A stretch of DNA of 64,000 bases from positions 64,075,261-64,139,260 of the forward strand of contig JAUZTB010000087.1 in NCBI GenBank assembly GCA_034780895.1, read 5' to 3'. The notes under the pieces were generated by a model. It did not search any database. It was not told the origin of the DNA and was given only the letters and a program-made list of their open reading frames with translations. Below, one piece after another: positions 24,316-35,459 of this stretch (the first letter of the stretch is position 1; each line of letters begins with the position of its first letter). Origin of the DNA: Rhynchobatus australiae. Lineage: Eukaryota. The translations under genes and the position numbers were made by a program.

Positions 24316-26934
24316 AAATCCTTAAAATGGCATATTTCTGATGAAATGTCATCAACGTGAAACATTAACATTTTCTCTTCCTGGACCTTTAGTTTCAGAT
24401 TTCCAGCATCCACATTAATTTGCTTTCATATTGAAATATGAAATCAGTTTGAAGATGGCATACATTACACTCCCTCAGGATTTTGGCCACACATTTTTCA
24501 GTGTTCTAAGTACTTGCATACGAATCAAACAAAATATTTACCAAGCACATGTTGCTACAATAGCAGATTTTTCTTTTAGGCAAGTGGTGGTTGGGGAGAT
24601 TTAATGTTTGAAATGCTTGAAACTATAGGGTTCACCTATAAAATATGAGCAGTACCAATAACAATACCAGATTCTTGGGTATTTTTATTTATACAGGAAC
24701 ATTATAGGAGAAACTGATTCAATGACGACCAAACCAAAGTGCTTTGCAAACATTCATAATGATCAAAATTTAGTGAAACCATTGAGAGCAAAATGGATAG
24801 CATATGATATTTGTCAGAAGTGAAATGTATAAATTAAACCAAAGAGATGGGGAGAGATGGACAGTGATGCCCATTCACAACCGTCAGTACTGGAGAAACA
24901 CTGAAATGTACAGAGTTGAATTTGGTGCCAAGAATCAGGACAAATGGATATTAATAAATTGTGTAATTGCTGAAAGGTTAAAATGCTTTTCTTGGGTCTT
25001 ACACACATCAATAACAATCTTTGGTTATTATATTTACATAATGTGTATTTAAAAAGGGACAATGGAGAGGAAGGGAAAGGCACTCAGCCAATTATCAGCA
25101 GTCAATCAATTTTCATTCCATCCTAAAGATTCAATGCAGCCAAAAATTCATGTATATTATTCCATGCACAGTCATCACCATGGTCACAAACCTTCACTGG
25201 CATTTCCGCATTTGGCCAATGTCTCCCTGAACAATGAGTTGAAACAAAATTAATTTCAAAATTCCTCCACAGTTTTAATGCTCCTCAAAATTTAGAAAAC
25301 CTTACAGCATCACATGGCTAGCTCCACAATTCTAATACATCATGCATACAGCATCTTCAGCCANNNNNNNNNNNNNNNNNNNNNNNNNNNNNNNNNNNNN
25401 NNTGTTTCATCTACAAAAAGACTAAAATCCTCCATTCACCTTGTTTCAATTCTCACTCATGAAACTGCTTGGCTTGTTCTTTGATAAATTGTTTGATGTC
25501 ATTAACACCTCCACCAGCTTGGTAATGTCACAAACTGCTGTGTCTAACTGATGCCTAACAGCAGCTGGTGTCAATAAAGTATGCGATGTCACCAAAGAGA
25601 CCTCTAGACTCATTTCATGGACCTTCCGTGCATGCCTCCCCCCTCCACCCCACCACACCCACACTCCCCCATCAACAGGAAGAGTTAATTGCTGATAGTA
25701 AATTCTGGGACTTTGTACTTCATAATCAATAGTCTCAGTTCACCTGCTCCTCTTCGACATGTCATATATTCCAAGGGAATTAACAGTTGAAGGTCAAACT
25801 CATCCCTATTGTTAATGCTAATAAATATTATGCTATAAACTAAGCAAAAACTTGAGTAATACATATATACATTTTAATTTAACTAAATTTGCACTGGTAC
25901 CCTGGTTAGTGTTACATAACAAAATATTGACTCAATGTAGTTCTCCTGATACTGCAATTTGAACACTCACAGGTAAATGTCTGCCTGTGCTTTTATAAAG
26001 TCATCCATTCAAGTTGCTACTGCTATGTCAAGGACCTGGGGCAAATCCTGTTCTCGCTGCTGCTGTGCTCAGGACCTTGTTCAAACCCCTTGCTCTCTGC
26101 TGGGGCTCCTGCATCAAAGAATTGCCCACGGCTCAGTGTGGAGAGGCTGCCTGGTTGGACCCTGACTAACACAGTAATAAGCTCAACAATATAGAAGTCT
26201 TTGGGTTGGAGAGAATTGAGCAGACAAACAAAGAGAGGGTTCCATCACATCCAACTGGGAGGTGATGAGAGAGATCACAAGATCTGGGTAGACTATTAAC
26301 ATGTGGGGCAGGTGCTAGCAGTCACCAGCAATGGCCCACACTCACTGTGCTTGGAGCAATGCAGCCCTGAATCTCACAATGCCGAGCAACTGCACAGACC
26401 TCCCAACCAAGCAAGCAAAGGTAGCATCTCTACACTGAGCTTTGGGCAATTCATTGCAACAAGGCAGAGCAGTGGACAACAATGGGGAGGGCAGGAGGTT
26501 GTGCTAGGTTCCAGGGACACTAACATTACTAGTCACACATAAAATGCCTTAATGGCCCATTTTAGAATGGATTTCATGGGCACTCCCATTCCTAGGAACA
26601 CATCCTGAGCATTAAGTGAGGTACCAGTGTTCCAGATTTTATGTCAAAAGTATTGCTTTGCAAAAAAAAACATTTAGAAAGGACATCCAATGTTATTTAT
26701 ACATTCTGATAGGCAAGACCTGCAAGGACAATTCATAAATGGGCAAGATTTGCATCTTCAGCATCTTGCAGTGAACTTTTGAATCACTAGCAGATTCAAA
26801 GCTTCTCTAGATCAATTCAAAAATCAAACACTGAATCAAAGACTACACTCTAGTCCTATTTAGTGACCTCCAAGAACACCAAACACTCTTTCTGCAAACT
26901 AGTACTTCCCAATTAAAGACTACCAGGTTCTTGG

Positions 26935-27730
26935 CACATAAAAAAAAATTGCTGGAGGAGCTCAGCAGGTCAAGTAGTATCTGTGGAGGCAAAGGGGTAG
27001 TCAACATTCCAGGTTGAGACCCTGCATCAGGACAGGGAGTAGAGAGGGCAGATAGCCAATGTAAAGAAACAAGAGGGAGGGGTGAGGCATGGGCTGGTAT
27101 TTGATAGGTAGAACCAGGTGAGCAGGGGGTGATGGGTAGATGAAGCTAGGTGGGGGAAGGGCAAGTGGTTGAGTTGGGAGACAACAGCTGGTGGGTGAAA
27201 GGTAGAGACAGATAAGGAGAGAAAAACAGGAAAAACAAAGGGCAGATGGAGGGTGGAAAGAGGAGGATGAAGGTAGAATCAGAGGCTAGAAGGTTATAAT
27301 CAGAGATACAAGAGGCTGCAGATTCTGGAATATCATAAGTTATAAGTTGTACCAGTTAAGGGAGGGATGATGGGCAGATGGAACCAGCTGTGGTATGGGA
27401 ATAGGAGACTCAGTAGGTATAGTCCATGGGTGATAGGCAGATGGGGCCAGGTGGGGGAGTGGAGAACCTAGGGTGGATCAGAAGGAGACAGAAAGGAGCA
27501 CAGGGGGTGTGGGTTACCTGAAGCTAAGAAGTTCAATGTGCATACCATTGGGTTGTTGACTACTCAGGCAGCTCATGAGGTGGTGTTCTTTTAGTTTGCA
27601 TTTGGCCTCACCCTGGCAATGAAGGCGGCTGAGGACAGTGAAGCATTGGGAAGGGGAGCTGAGATAGCTTGCAACTGGGAGCCAAGGGTGGCGATTGTAG
27701 ACAGAGCACAGGTGTTCTGCAAAACAGTGA
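26935..27730 (-). mobile_element. Penelope-like element 3' end
   Basis: Reverse-complement layout of 1-555: GIY-YIG end (27515-27730), purine-rich tract on +, pLTR with 'gtcctgatgcagggtctcaacctggaatgttgac'. Confidence 0.8.
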
Positions 27731-27920
27731 CCAAGGCAGTTTCTTGGTCATACTGATGATGATGTTATGATGGCAAAGGCTCACACATACTATAGGCTTG
27801 ATAATCAATTTATTTTGTTCATTTTACATTCTTATTTTATTTTCTTTACAAAAGGTTTAGGCTTATACATTCGCGAGTTACAATAAATTAAATTTTAGAA
27901 AACTACTGGATAATACATAC

Positions 27921-28039
27921 CCCTTCAAAAGCATAAATAAAATTTGCTCATGAGAACATATATATTCCACTGTTGGAGTGCGAATGCCAATCTGCCTCCG
28001 CAAAATGTTGTTGAAGATCTGGGTAACATCCTTCTTCCC
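27921..28039 (-). CDS. cab39l1: CAB39/MO25-family coding exon 3 ([18 protein letters not shown]...FMLLKG)
   Basis: 119 nt, phase 0 to 2. Acceptor aaacag|GGG, donor GG|GTATGT. Canonical MO25 motif. Confidence 0.95.
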
Positions 28040-28599
28040 CTGTTTTTTTGAAGCACATAATAACAAAGTCATAAGACTGACTATCAGCAGATGGGTATTT
28101 TTAAAATAATTGTAACAGTATGAAAATGCATTCATTAAAATCAATAAACACAAGACTTTAGAGCCAAATCTTTTAAAACCAAGTAAGTACTCAAAATGAA
28201 AAAACTAGTTAGCTGATTGGATAACTCAAAAGCTCAAAATTATGGCCTATATCTTCCAATAAAAGGTTGATCTTCCACACAGGACTGCCAGCACTTTTCT
28301 CTGTATTTTTAAACTTGTTCAGGATCCTACACAAGGATACTCAAACCAAATGTTTCATATTAATGCATGGCTGAATACCACTGATAAGACTACTGTACTC
28401 TGCTGCTGCACTAGTCCAGTGTTGAAGCATAAACTTTAGAAGTTTCCCAATAAATCTGCTGGGAAGTCTGCCCACTGAACCTACAGCAGGTTAGATTTGA
28501 CACAGGAACAGTGAGACCATTCATCTGAATGCTGAGAAATGACAAGAAGAAAAGCAAGTTCAAGATAATTTACATTTTTTGATGAAATCATTTTTAATG

Positions 28600-29100
28600 C
28601 ACAGTAAAACTCTGATGACCCACTATTCAGAAATCCCAAAGCTTTGGCAGCTGGCTCACTGGGCCCTGATCCTCAAGCTCCCTCCAACAAACTGGGGCCA
28701 CTGTTCCCATGCTCCCTCCGAAGCACAGAGGCCCTAATTGCTGTGCTCCCATGAAACTGAATTGGTTCAGTTTTCTACATTCCTGTTAAACTTACCAGGG
28801 CCTTCTTTCCTGCCCTCCCTATAACCTTACTGTGTTCACTGGAAAATGTCTTATTCTACTTCTGAGCAGTTTACATTTCAAGTCTAAAATGGATCTGCTT
28901 AATATTGGCAAATAGAAAAAGTTCTTAATTATTTAAACTGCATCTAATTTGTGTTTAAAAAGCAACTGTTTGATGCTACGTGTTGAAATACCCTTTCCTG
29001 TACATAATTTGATACTAAAGTTCCCGACTCTGTACAGCTTTCAATAATCCCAGACTGAACAGTTTCTTGTTAATGTGCCCAGAATCTCCTACTGCAAGCT
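28600..29100. mobile_element. Possible old Tc1/mariner(Tigger)-like non-autonomous element with internal ~34-bp repeats
   Basis: Starts cagtaaaactc. About 5 degenerate units 'actgggccc...gctccct' at 28658-28830. Right end poorly defined. Confidence 0.3.
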
Positions 29101-29957
29101 AGAAGTAAACTGAAGTATCATAGCACTACGTAAACTAAGAAAAAGTACAAATCTGGAGGCCTGCAGTGGTTTGACTATATAAATCCAAAAAAGTCTTTCT
29201 AAACATATCCACAACAGCCCTTTACTGTCAATCACGATTTTATTTATATTCTATTGTGAGGATATGAACCTGTGACAAGTCAAAATGATTAAGTTCTGCA
29301 GTCAAGGATGTAGTTAGTATAATGAACTGTGTGCAAATGCTAATACAAATCCCAGAATTACAAACTACAGGAAACTTATCTGGAGCTGAGNNNNNNNNNN
29401 NNNNNNNNNNNNNNNNNNNNNNNNNNNNNNNNNNNNNNNNNNNNNNNNNNNNNNNNNNNNNNNNNNNNNNNNNNNNNNNNNNNNNNNNNNGAGAGCTATC
29501 AACTTTGGAAAATACAAAAGGAGTAACAAAGTGTTGTGTTGCATAGTCAAGTGTAAGAAACAAGTTTTTGCGGAAGCAGGAACATTTTCTCCTTGCTTCA
29601 AATAATCTTTATTTTATCTTGGCTGTAGCAAACATTATCTGTGGTCACGTTACATACATCAGGCTGAACAGATGCTAAAAAAATCATTGCTGTTAAACCT
29701 AGGCCTTATAGTTTAAACTTGAGATCACACACAGAAGCCTAAATTTTACAAATGTTTCCTTCCACTTTGATGCATAATGTAATAAAAACTATAGAATAAC
29801 TCTGCCTTAAAAGATATAACATGAAAGCATTTTGAGAAAATGTCTTACATCTATGTGATAGTTGCACTTTGAGCAAAAGGGACATAGTCACCATCACCTG
29901 AAATACTCCCTTTTTATGGGATAGCTATCACAAATACACCACTCCAGGATTTCTTAC

Positions 29958-30122
29958 CTCAAAGTCTATCAGTTGCAAGTGTGCAATTAATGATATCAGC
30001 AATCCACTATTATATAGCTCCTGTGCCAGCTGTGCAACTGTTTCAGTTTGAGGCTCCTTATCATTGGTGCCACAGAGTATCTCTTTCATGGTTAGCAGGC
30101 ATTTCGACACTTCCTCAGAGGC
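29958..30122 (-). CDS. cab39l1: CAB39/MO25-family coding exon 2 ([10 protein letters not shown]...QLIDFE)
   Basis: 165 nt. Acceptor ctaag|GCC, donor GAG|GTAAGA. Matches MO25 '[21 protein letters not shown]'. Confidence 0.95.
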
Positions 30123-31046
30123 CTTAGGTCAAAGAAAGAGAGGTAAATTTGTTTCCAGGTTTCAGCTGAGGAAAAGTGTAATATTAACAAAATCTGGATG
30201 GAAATCAATTCTTGTTAGAGACAAGATCAAAACTAAAATTGGTGGCGAGATCTCTCTCTGGTGTTGCATCAGTCACAATAGGTACAGCTTTAAGATTAAA
30301 TTTCAGAAATAAAAAAACATTAACACAAGTTTTTCATATACAATTTTCAGCAATAAGCACCACTTTTAAATATAATGCCATTATCTACACCATACTGTCA
30401 AACTTATATGGATAATCCATATGTCTAATGATATCATTGGGTAAATGACACGTTTCCTTCCCATGGAAGTTTAAGACAGCTTAAAAACATTGAGGAAATC
30501 ACGCCCACTACATGCAAATACAAATATTGTGATAGTGCATTGTATTGTCATATGATCTACATGGATGGGATCAACAGTAGGTTAACACCATTCTTTCACT
30601 AAAATAAAACCTTTATTTCTCCACATAATACAGAAACATACTGAATTTGAAATATTCAGGAAGATGCAGAGGTAAAATTCACAGGAACCAAAAACAAACA
30701 GCTGACAGGACCAAATCTGTGAAATATGCAGTCTTGGAAGGTGATGCTTAACAGCTATAGATCAGTTTGGGCAGCTATATTTTCATGACGAATGATTCCT
30801 TCTCTTTACTAACCATCCTGTGCAACTCCCAATTACGAACTTCAAAATTGATCCTCAAAAAGAATCAATCACCATTTTAGTCCACCTCCAAACACCTTGA
30901 ATAATTTTGTCACTTCAGGGATTCATGCTCATTGCATCCATAACTCCATTTGAATTACTTAAGTGCTGCATCACCATACCACTAAAATGGGTCTAATTAA
31001 AGGCACAAGCAATATCTGCGCTGTCACAATGTTGCATTAACTCATC

Positions 31047-31830
31047 TGTTATGAACCAGCAACAAAAGAAACACACCGAGTCATATATCAGTGTTAACAT
31101 TTATTTTATTATTAATTACTTCTTATAATAAGAAAAATAAAAGTAAAAATATTAGAAGGTTAGAAGTAAAAATGTTAAATCTTAAACATTAACCCCAAAA
31201 ACTAACTAAACTTGTCGTGTGTGTGTGGCAAATTCCCAAACTCCACGTCCAGGAATAGTTCCTAAAGTTCAGTTCAGCAAGCCATAAGGTGAAACATGAG
31301 TAGAGGCTTCTTCAACAACCACCATTGTCTGGAGTTAAAACGTAGATGCAGAGAGATAATAGAGATTATCGTGGCCGTCTACACCAACTACCTGTTTCCT
31401 TCGACAGGTCAACAACCAAATGAACTCCACTTCTTCATCTCGACATGTCTGCCACACCCTAGAGCATCCGTGCCATGGCCGTCCACACCAACTACCTGTT
31501 TTCCTCCACAGGTTACCGNNNNNNNNNNNNNNNNNNNNNNNNNNNNNNNNNNNNNNNNNNNNNNNNNNNNNNNNNNNNNNNNNNNNNNNNNNNNNNNNNN
31601 NNNNNNNNNNNNNNNNNNTCTCTGACTGACTCTGTCTGCTCCAAAACGTCATTACGTCCTTTATCTTCTGTTGAAATAAGCACACCACACACACAAATCC
31701 TTGCCCCTTCTTCTAGTGCTGTAGGGGCATATGATGTCACATATCTCTCCCTTATCCCCACCTTCCTCCGTACATCCACTTCCTCTAATCCAATCACATG
31801 GCTCCTCTAACGGCATGTTACCATAGCAAT
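31047..31830. mobile_element. LTR-like repeat with internal ~104-bp-period direct repeat
   Basis: Starts TGTTATG. 'tggccgtc(t/c)acaccaactacctgttt..acaggt' occurs at about 31372 and 31476 next to a gap. CpG is retained relative to the flanks. Right end not seen. Confidence 0.4.
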
Positions 31831-32086
31831 TAAGTTACTGTACTGGCATCCAGAGTTCTGAATCACTGATCAAAAAAGACAAATACAAATCTCACCATCG
31901 TAGTTGCTGAATTTAAATTCAAGTGATGAAATAAATCCAGAATTTAAAAAGGAGCTGTCTCAGCAATATTAACTATGAAACTACTGGATTGTCATTAAAG
32001 CAAAAGACTGCAGAGGCTGGAAATGTAATTAAAAACAGAATAGTAGAAATACTTAGGATCAGGCAACATCTATGTAGATAGAAAAA

Positions 32087-32125
32087 GGGTTAACATTTCA
32101 GGTCAATGCCCTTTCATCAGAACTG
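32087..32125 (-). ncRNA. Minimal type-I hammerhead ribozyme motif in a Penelope-type terminus
   Basis: Minus strand: CAGTT CTGATGA AAGGGC ATT GACCT GAAA TGTT AACCC. Both core boxes are intact; helix I GTT/AAC, helix II AGG/CCT. Activity unproven. Confidence 0.5.
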
Positions 32126-32224
32126 ACAAAACTTAGAAATCAAATGTGCTTTACAGTAAAAGGTCACAAAAGGGAATATCTGCCAGTACCAACCAGGAGA
32201 GTGTGGTGAAGTAACAAAGTCTAT

Positions 32225-33260
32225 TGATGATTGCAATGTAGCTGATGCAGTCGACGTGAAGATCTTCGACAAGGTACCACAAGGAAGACTGGTCCAGAAG
32301 TTTAGAGCCCACGGGGTCCAAGGCAAATTGGATCTAACATTGACTTGATAATAGGAGGCAGAGGGCAACGATGGAGTGTTGCATTTGTTAATAAAAGCCG
32401 GTAACCAGTGGTGCATTGAAGAGATGGGTGCTGGGACCCTTACTGTCTGTTGTATTGATTAGTTGCTAAGATGGGCAAAGAATTTGGTCCATGCCAACCA
32501 AGGTAGTCCCATATCCCTCCAAACCCTTCCTATCAGTGTACCTATCAAGTGTCTTTTAATTGTGAACATACCTGCCTCAAACACTTCCCCAACAGCTCAG
32601 TCCATATAAAGACTGCCCTCAGAGTGAAAACGTTGCCCCCAAGGTTCCTATTTATTCCCTCTCACCCTAAACATATGTCCTCTCGTTCTCGATTCCCCAA
32701 CCATGGAAAAAAGTGCATTCACCCCATCTACGCCCCTCATGATTTTATATGCCTCCATAAGATCACCCCTCATTCTCCCTCGCTCCAATGAATAAAGTTC
32801 CAGCCTACTCAACCTCTCTCCATAACACAGTCCCAGCAACATCCTTATAAATCTCCTTTGCACTCTTTCCAGCTTAATGGCATCTTTCCTAGAGCAGGGT
32901 GACCAAAACTGAACAGAATATTCCATATGTGGCCTCACCAGCATCTCGTACAACTGCACTATAATCTCCCAACTTCTATACTCAATGCCCTGACTGATGA
33001 AGGCTGGTGTGCCAAAAGCCTTCTTCACCACCCCGTCTACCTGTGATCCCACTTTAAGGGAACCAATTACTTGAACTCCTAGGTCCCCCCGTTCTACGAA
33101 ACTCCCCATTGCCCTACTGCGACACCTTGCACTTATCAGAATTAAACTCCATTTGCCATTCCTCAGCCCACTTTTCCAGCTGATCAAGATCCCTCTGTAA
33201 TTCCCGATAATGATCTTCACTGTCTACATCAACTATTTTAGTGCCTTCTCCAACCTACTA
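32225..33260 (-). mobile_element. CR1/HER1-type LINE (minus, 32480-33260) abutting a + strand CR1 RT fragment (32225-32460)
   Basis: 190-aa ORF with 'LVRPHMEYSVQFWSP..KDAIKLERVQRRFIRML' and 'SRTRGH'. The + fragment has 'FDKVPQGRLVQK'. Confidence 0.9.
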
Positions 33261-33429
33261 ACCTCCTGCAATATATTTAAAAAATATCCATAGAATGCAG
33301 ACAATGTCAGAATTTTTGTTGTGAGTTATATCATTAATCTATCTTAACTATATTTGATATGCATTTAGAAGTGTATATTTCTGAAGGCTAAAAGATGATA
33401 AGCATCTGCAGTCACTTGTAGCTCCAAAT

Positions 33430-33675
33430 ACAGCTGCTGGCCACATAAGAGAATGCCGTATCAGCTTCCAAAGCAAATCTCTTAAGTGCCCCCCCACCTC
33501 CCGTTGTGACCCAGTAACTGTGGTACTCTGTTACCACAGACAAAAATATCCCATGGGATCACATTTCCACTTATAACATAGGATTCAATGGGAAAAATGG
33601 GTTTGTGTTACAGAAGATCATGATATGGATGCTGTCTAGGAACACAACCCCACTGTAACACAGGGGTACACTGTA
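33430..33675. mobile_element. Possible Tigger/pogo-like DNA transposon remnant
   Basis: Right end 'gtaacacaggggtacactg|ta' resembles a Tigger TIR plus TA; left TIR is unclear. Confidence 0.3.
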
Positions 33676-33728
33676 TCTTGCATCACACATAGTCAGGGAG
33701 GTACAAAAGACAGTGGGTCAGAAGGATG

Positions 33729-33970
33729 CAGCAAGGTAGTGTAGCAGTCAGCATGATGCTATTACAGCACCAGTGATTGGGGTTCGATTCCAGTGATTGG
33801 GCTGTCTGTAAGGAATTTGTACATTCTCTCCGTGTCTGTGTGGGTTTCCTCCGGGTGCTCCGGTTTCCTCACACATTCCAAAGTCATACGGGTAGGTTAA
33901 CATGGGTTTAAAATGGGCAGCGCAGACTCATTGGGCCGGAAGGGTCTGTTACCACGCTGTAAATAAAATT
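33729..33970 (+). mobile_element. tRNA-derived V-SINE (HE1-like)
   Basis: A box 'ggtagtgtagcagt', B box 'ggttcgattcc', V domain 'gtgtgggtttcctccgggtgctccggtttcctc', LINE-like tail 'gggccggaagggtctgtt' and AT-rich end. Confidence 0.88.
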
Positions 33971-34159
33971 TAAAAAAATAAATTTTAAAAAATTAAAAAT
34001 TTAAATTTAAAACTTGAATGGCCAGTCATGCTCTTGAACTGAGCAGCACATTGAAAAGCAGAATATTGTTTGTCAGTTAACTTTCATACAAGGTGACACG
34101 TCTCATAGAACTTTTCAAAGTAATTGTTTCCAGAATCCCTTCTCTTGTGACAGTTGAGA

Positions 34160-34790
34160 TCCCTGAAAGGGACAGCACAGCTGGATAGGGTCATGAGGGT
34201 GGTGCATGAGATACTTGCCTTCATTAGCTGAGGCACAGAGTATAAGAGTAAGGAGAACTTGATAAAACATTTCGGCCACAGCTGGAGTATCTCATGCACT
34301 TCAGACTGCCACACCATGGAAGTGATGTGACTGCACTGGAGAGCTGCAGGAGAGATTCACCAGGACGTTGCCTTCGCCAGGAGATGGAGCGTTTCAGGTG
34401 TGAGGAGAGACTGGATGGGCTGGGTTTGCTTTCCTCAGAGCAGAGAAGGCCAAGGGGGTGCCCTGACCGAGCTGCACAAAATCATGAGGGGCACAAAAAG
34501 GGCCAGTGGTTAGAAATGTTTTCCCATGGCAGAGGCATCTAAAACCAGAGGTCACAAGTTTAAGGTGAGGAATAAACGACTCAGAAGGGATCTGAGAAAG
34601 AATTTTTCCACCCAGAAGATGTTTGCAATCTGGAACCCACTGCCTGAGAGGATGGCAGAGAATCTCACACATTTAAAAGCATCTGGATGAAGCATTTAAA
34701 TCACCAGGGCAAGCTAGGCCATGGGTTAGTATGGATGGACACAATGGTAGAATGGACATGTGGGCCAAAGGGCTTGTTTCTGTGCTGTGA
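34160..34790 (+). mobile_element. CR1-type LINE 3' end
   Basis: 'RPQLEY', 'ERLDGLGLLSSEQRR', 'aaaaccagaggtcacaag' and tail 'gggccaaagggcttgtttctgtgctgt'. Confidence 0.85.
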
Positions 34791-35459
34791 AGAAAGGTCC
34801 CACAGACAGGCCCGTGCAGGAAGTGTTGTGAAGGAGGAACCAGCTGATGCACCATCCTGGCACACGACCTGACCTCCCTGCTATTGCTGCTGGCACTCAG
34901 TAAGCTGGGCTGTTGATTGATGAGACTGGGGCTGCAGACAAGCAGACAACATGCTGACTCAGCTGAGAGCCACAGCACTAAGTGATAAGTGGGCAAGTGA
35001 CATGAAGGAAGTCTACCATAGGAGAATATTACAGGAAGACCATGCATGTAATAACCCAGAAATGCCAGCTGTCCCAGACATGTACATGTATACCCAACCC
35101 TAACCCCTACACAAGCCCCTCAGTGAGTCTGCTGTGAAATGGGCATTGTTTCTCAGTGCTAATTATAAGGCCAAGTACACCATTGTCCGAAGAGCAATTA
35201 TCCTCAAGAGTGCTTTAATTTGTTACCTTTCACAAAATAAGAAATGTATCCAATAAACAATTATTGACCTTAAGAAGTGAGAACTATAATTAATTAGAAC
35301 ATTCTGNNNNNNNNNNNNNNNNNNNNNNNNNNNNNNNNNNNNNNNNNNNNNNNNNNNNNNNNNNNNNNNNNNNNNNNNNNNNNNNNNNNNNNNNNNNNNN
35401 NNNNNNGTGGGGGGGGGGGGCGGGCGCGCCACCTGGACACGTGGCTGGATCAGTCAAGT

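Noticed and set aside
25977-26600. GC-richer patches as Harbinger transposase fossils or extra exons (also ~16640-16990, 18130-18330, 34800-35100, 52140-52320)
   Set aside because: I found no recognisable motif or consistent splice/frame support by eye; a repeat-library search would be needed.
32648-33220. 190-aa ORF as a host gene
   Set aside because: It is the C-terminal part of a CR1 LINE ORF2 with no intact RT core.
33729-33800. Functional tRNA gene
   Set aside because: The A/B boxes lead into a V-SINE core and LINE-like tail with no cloverleaf, so it is a SINE head.
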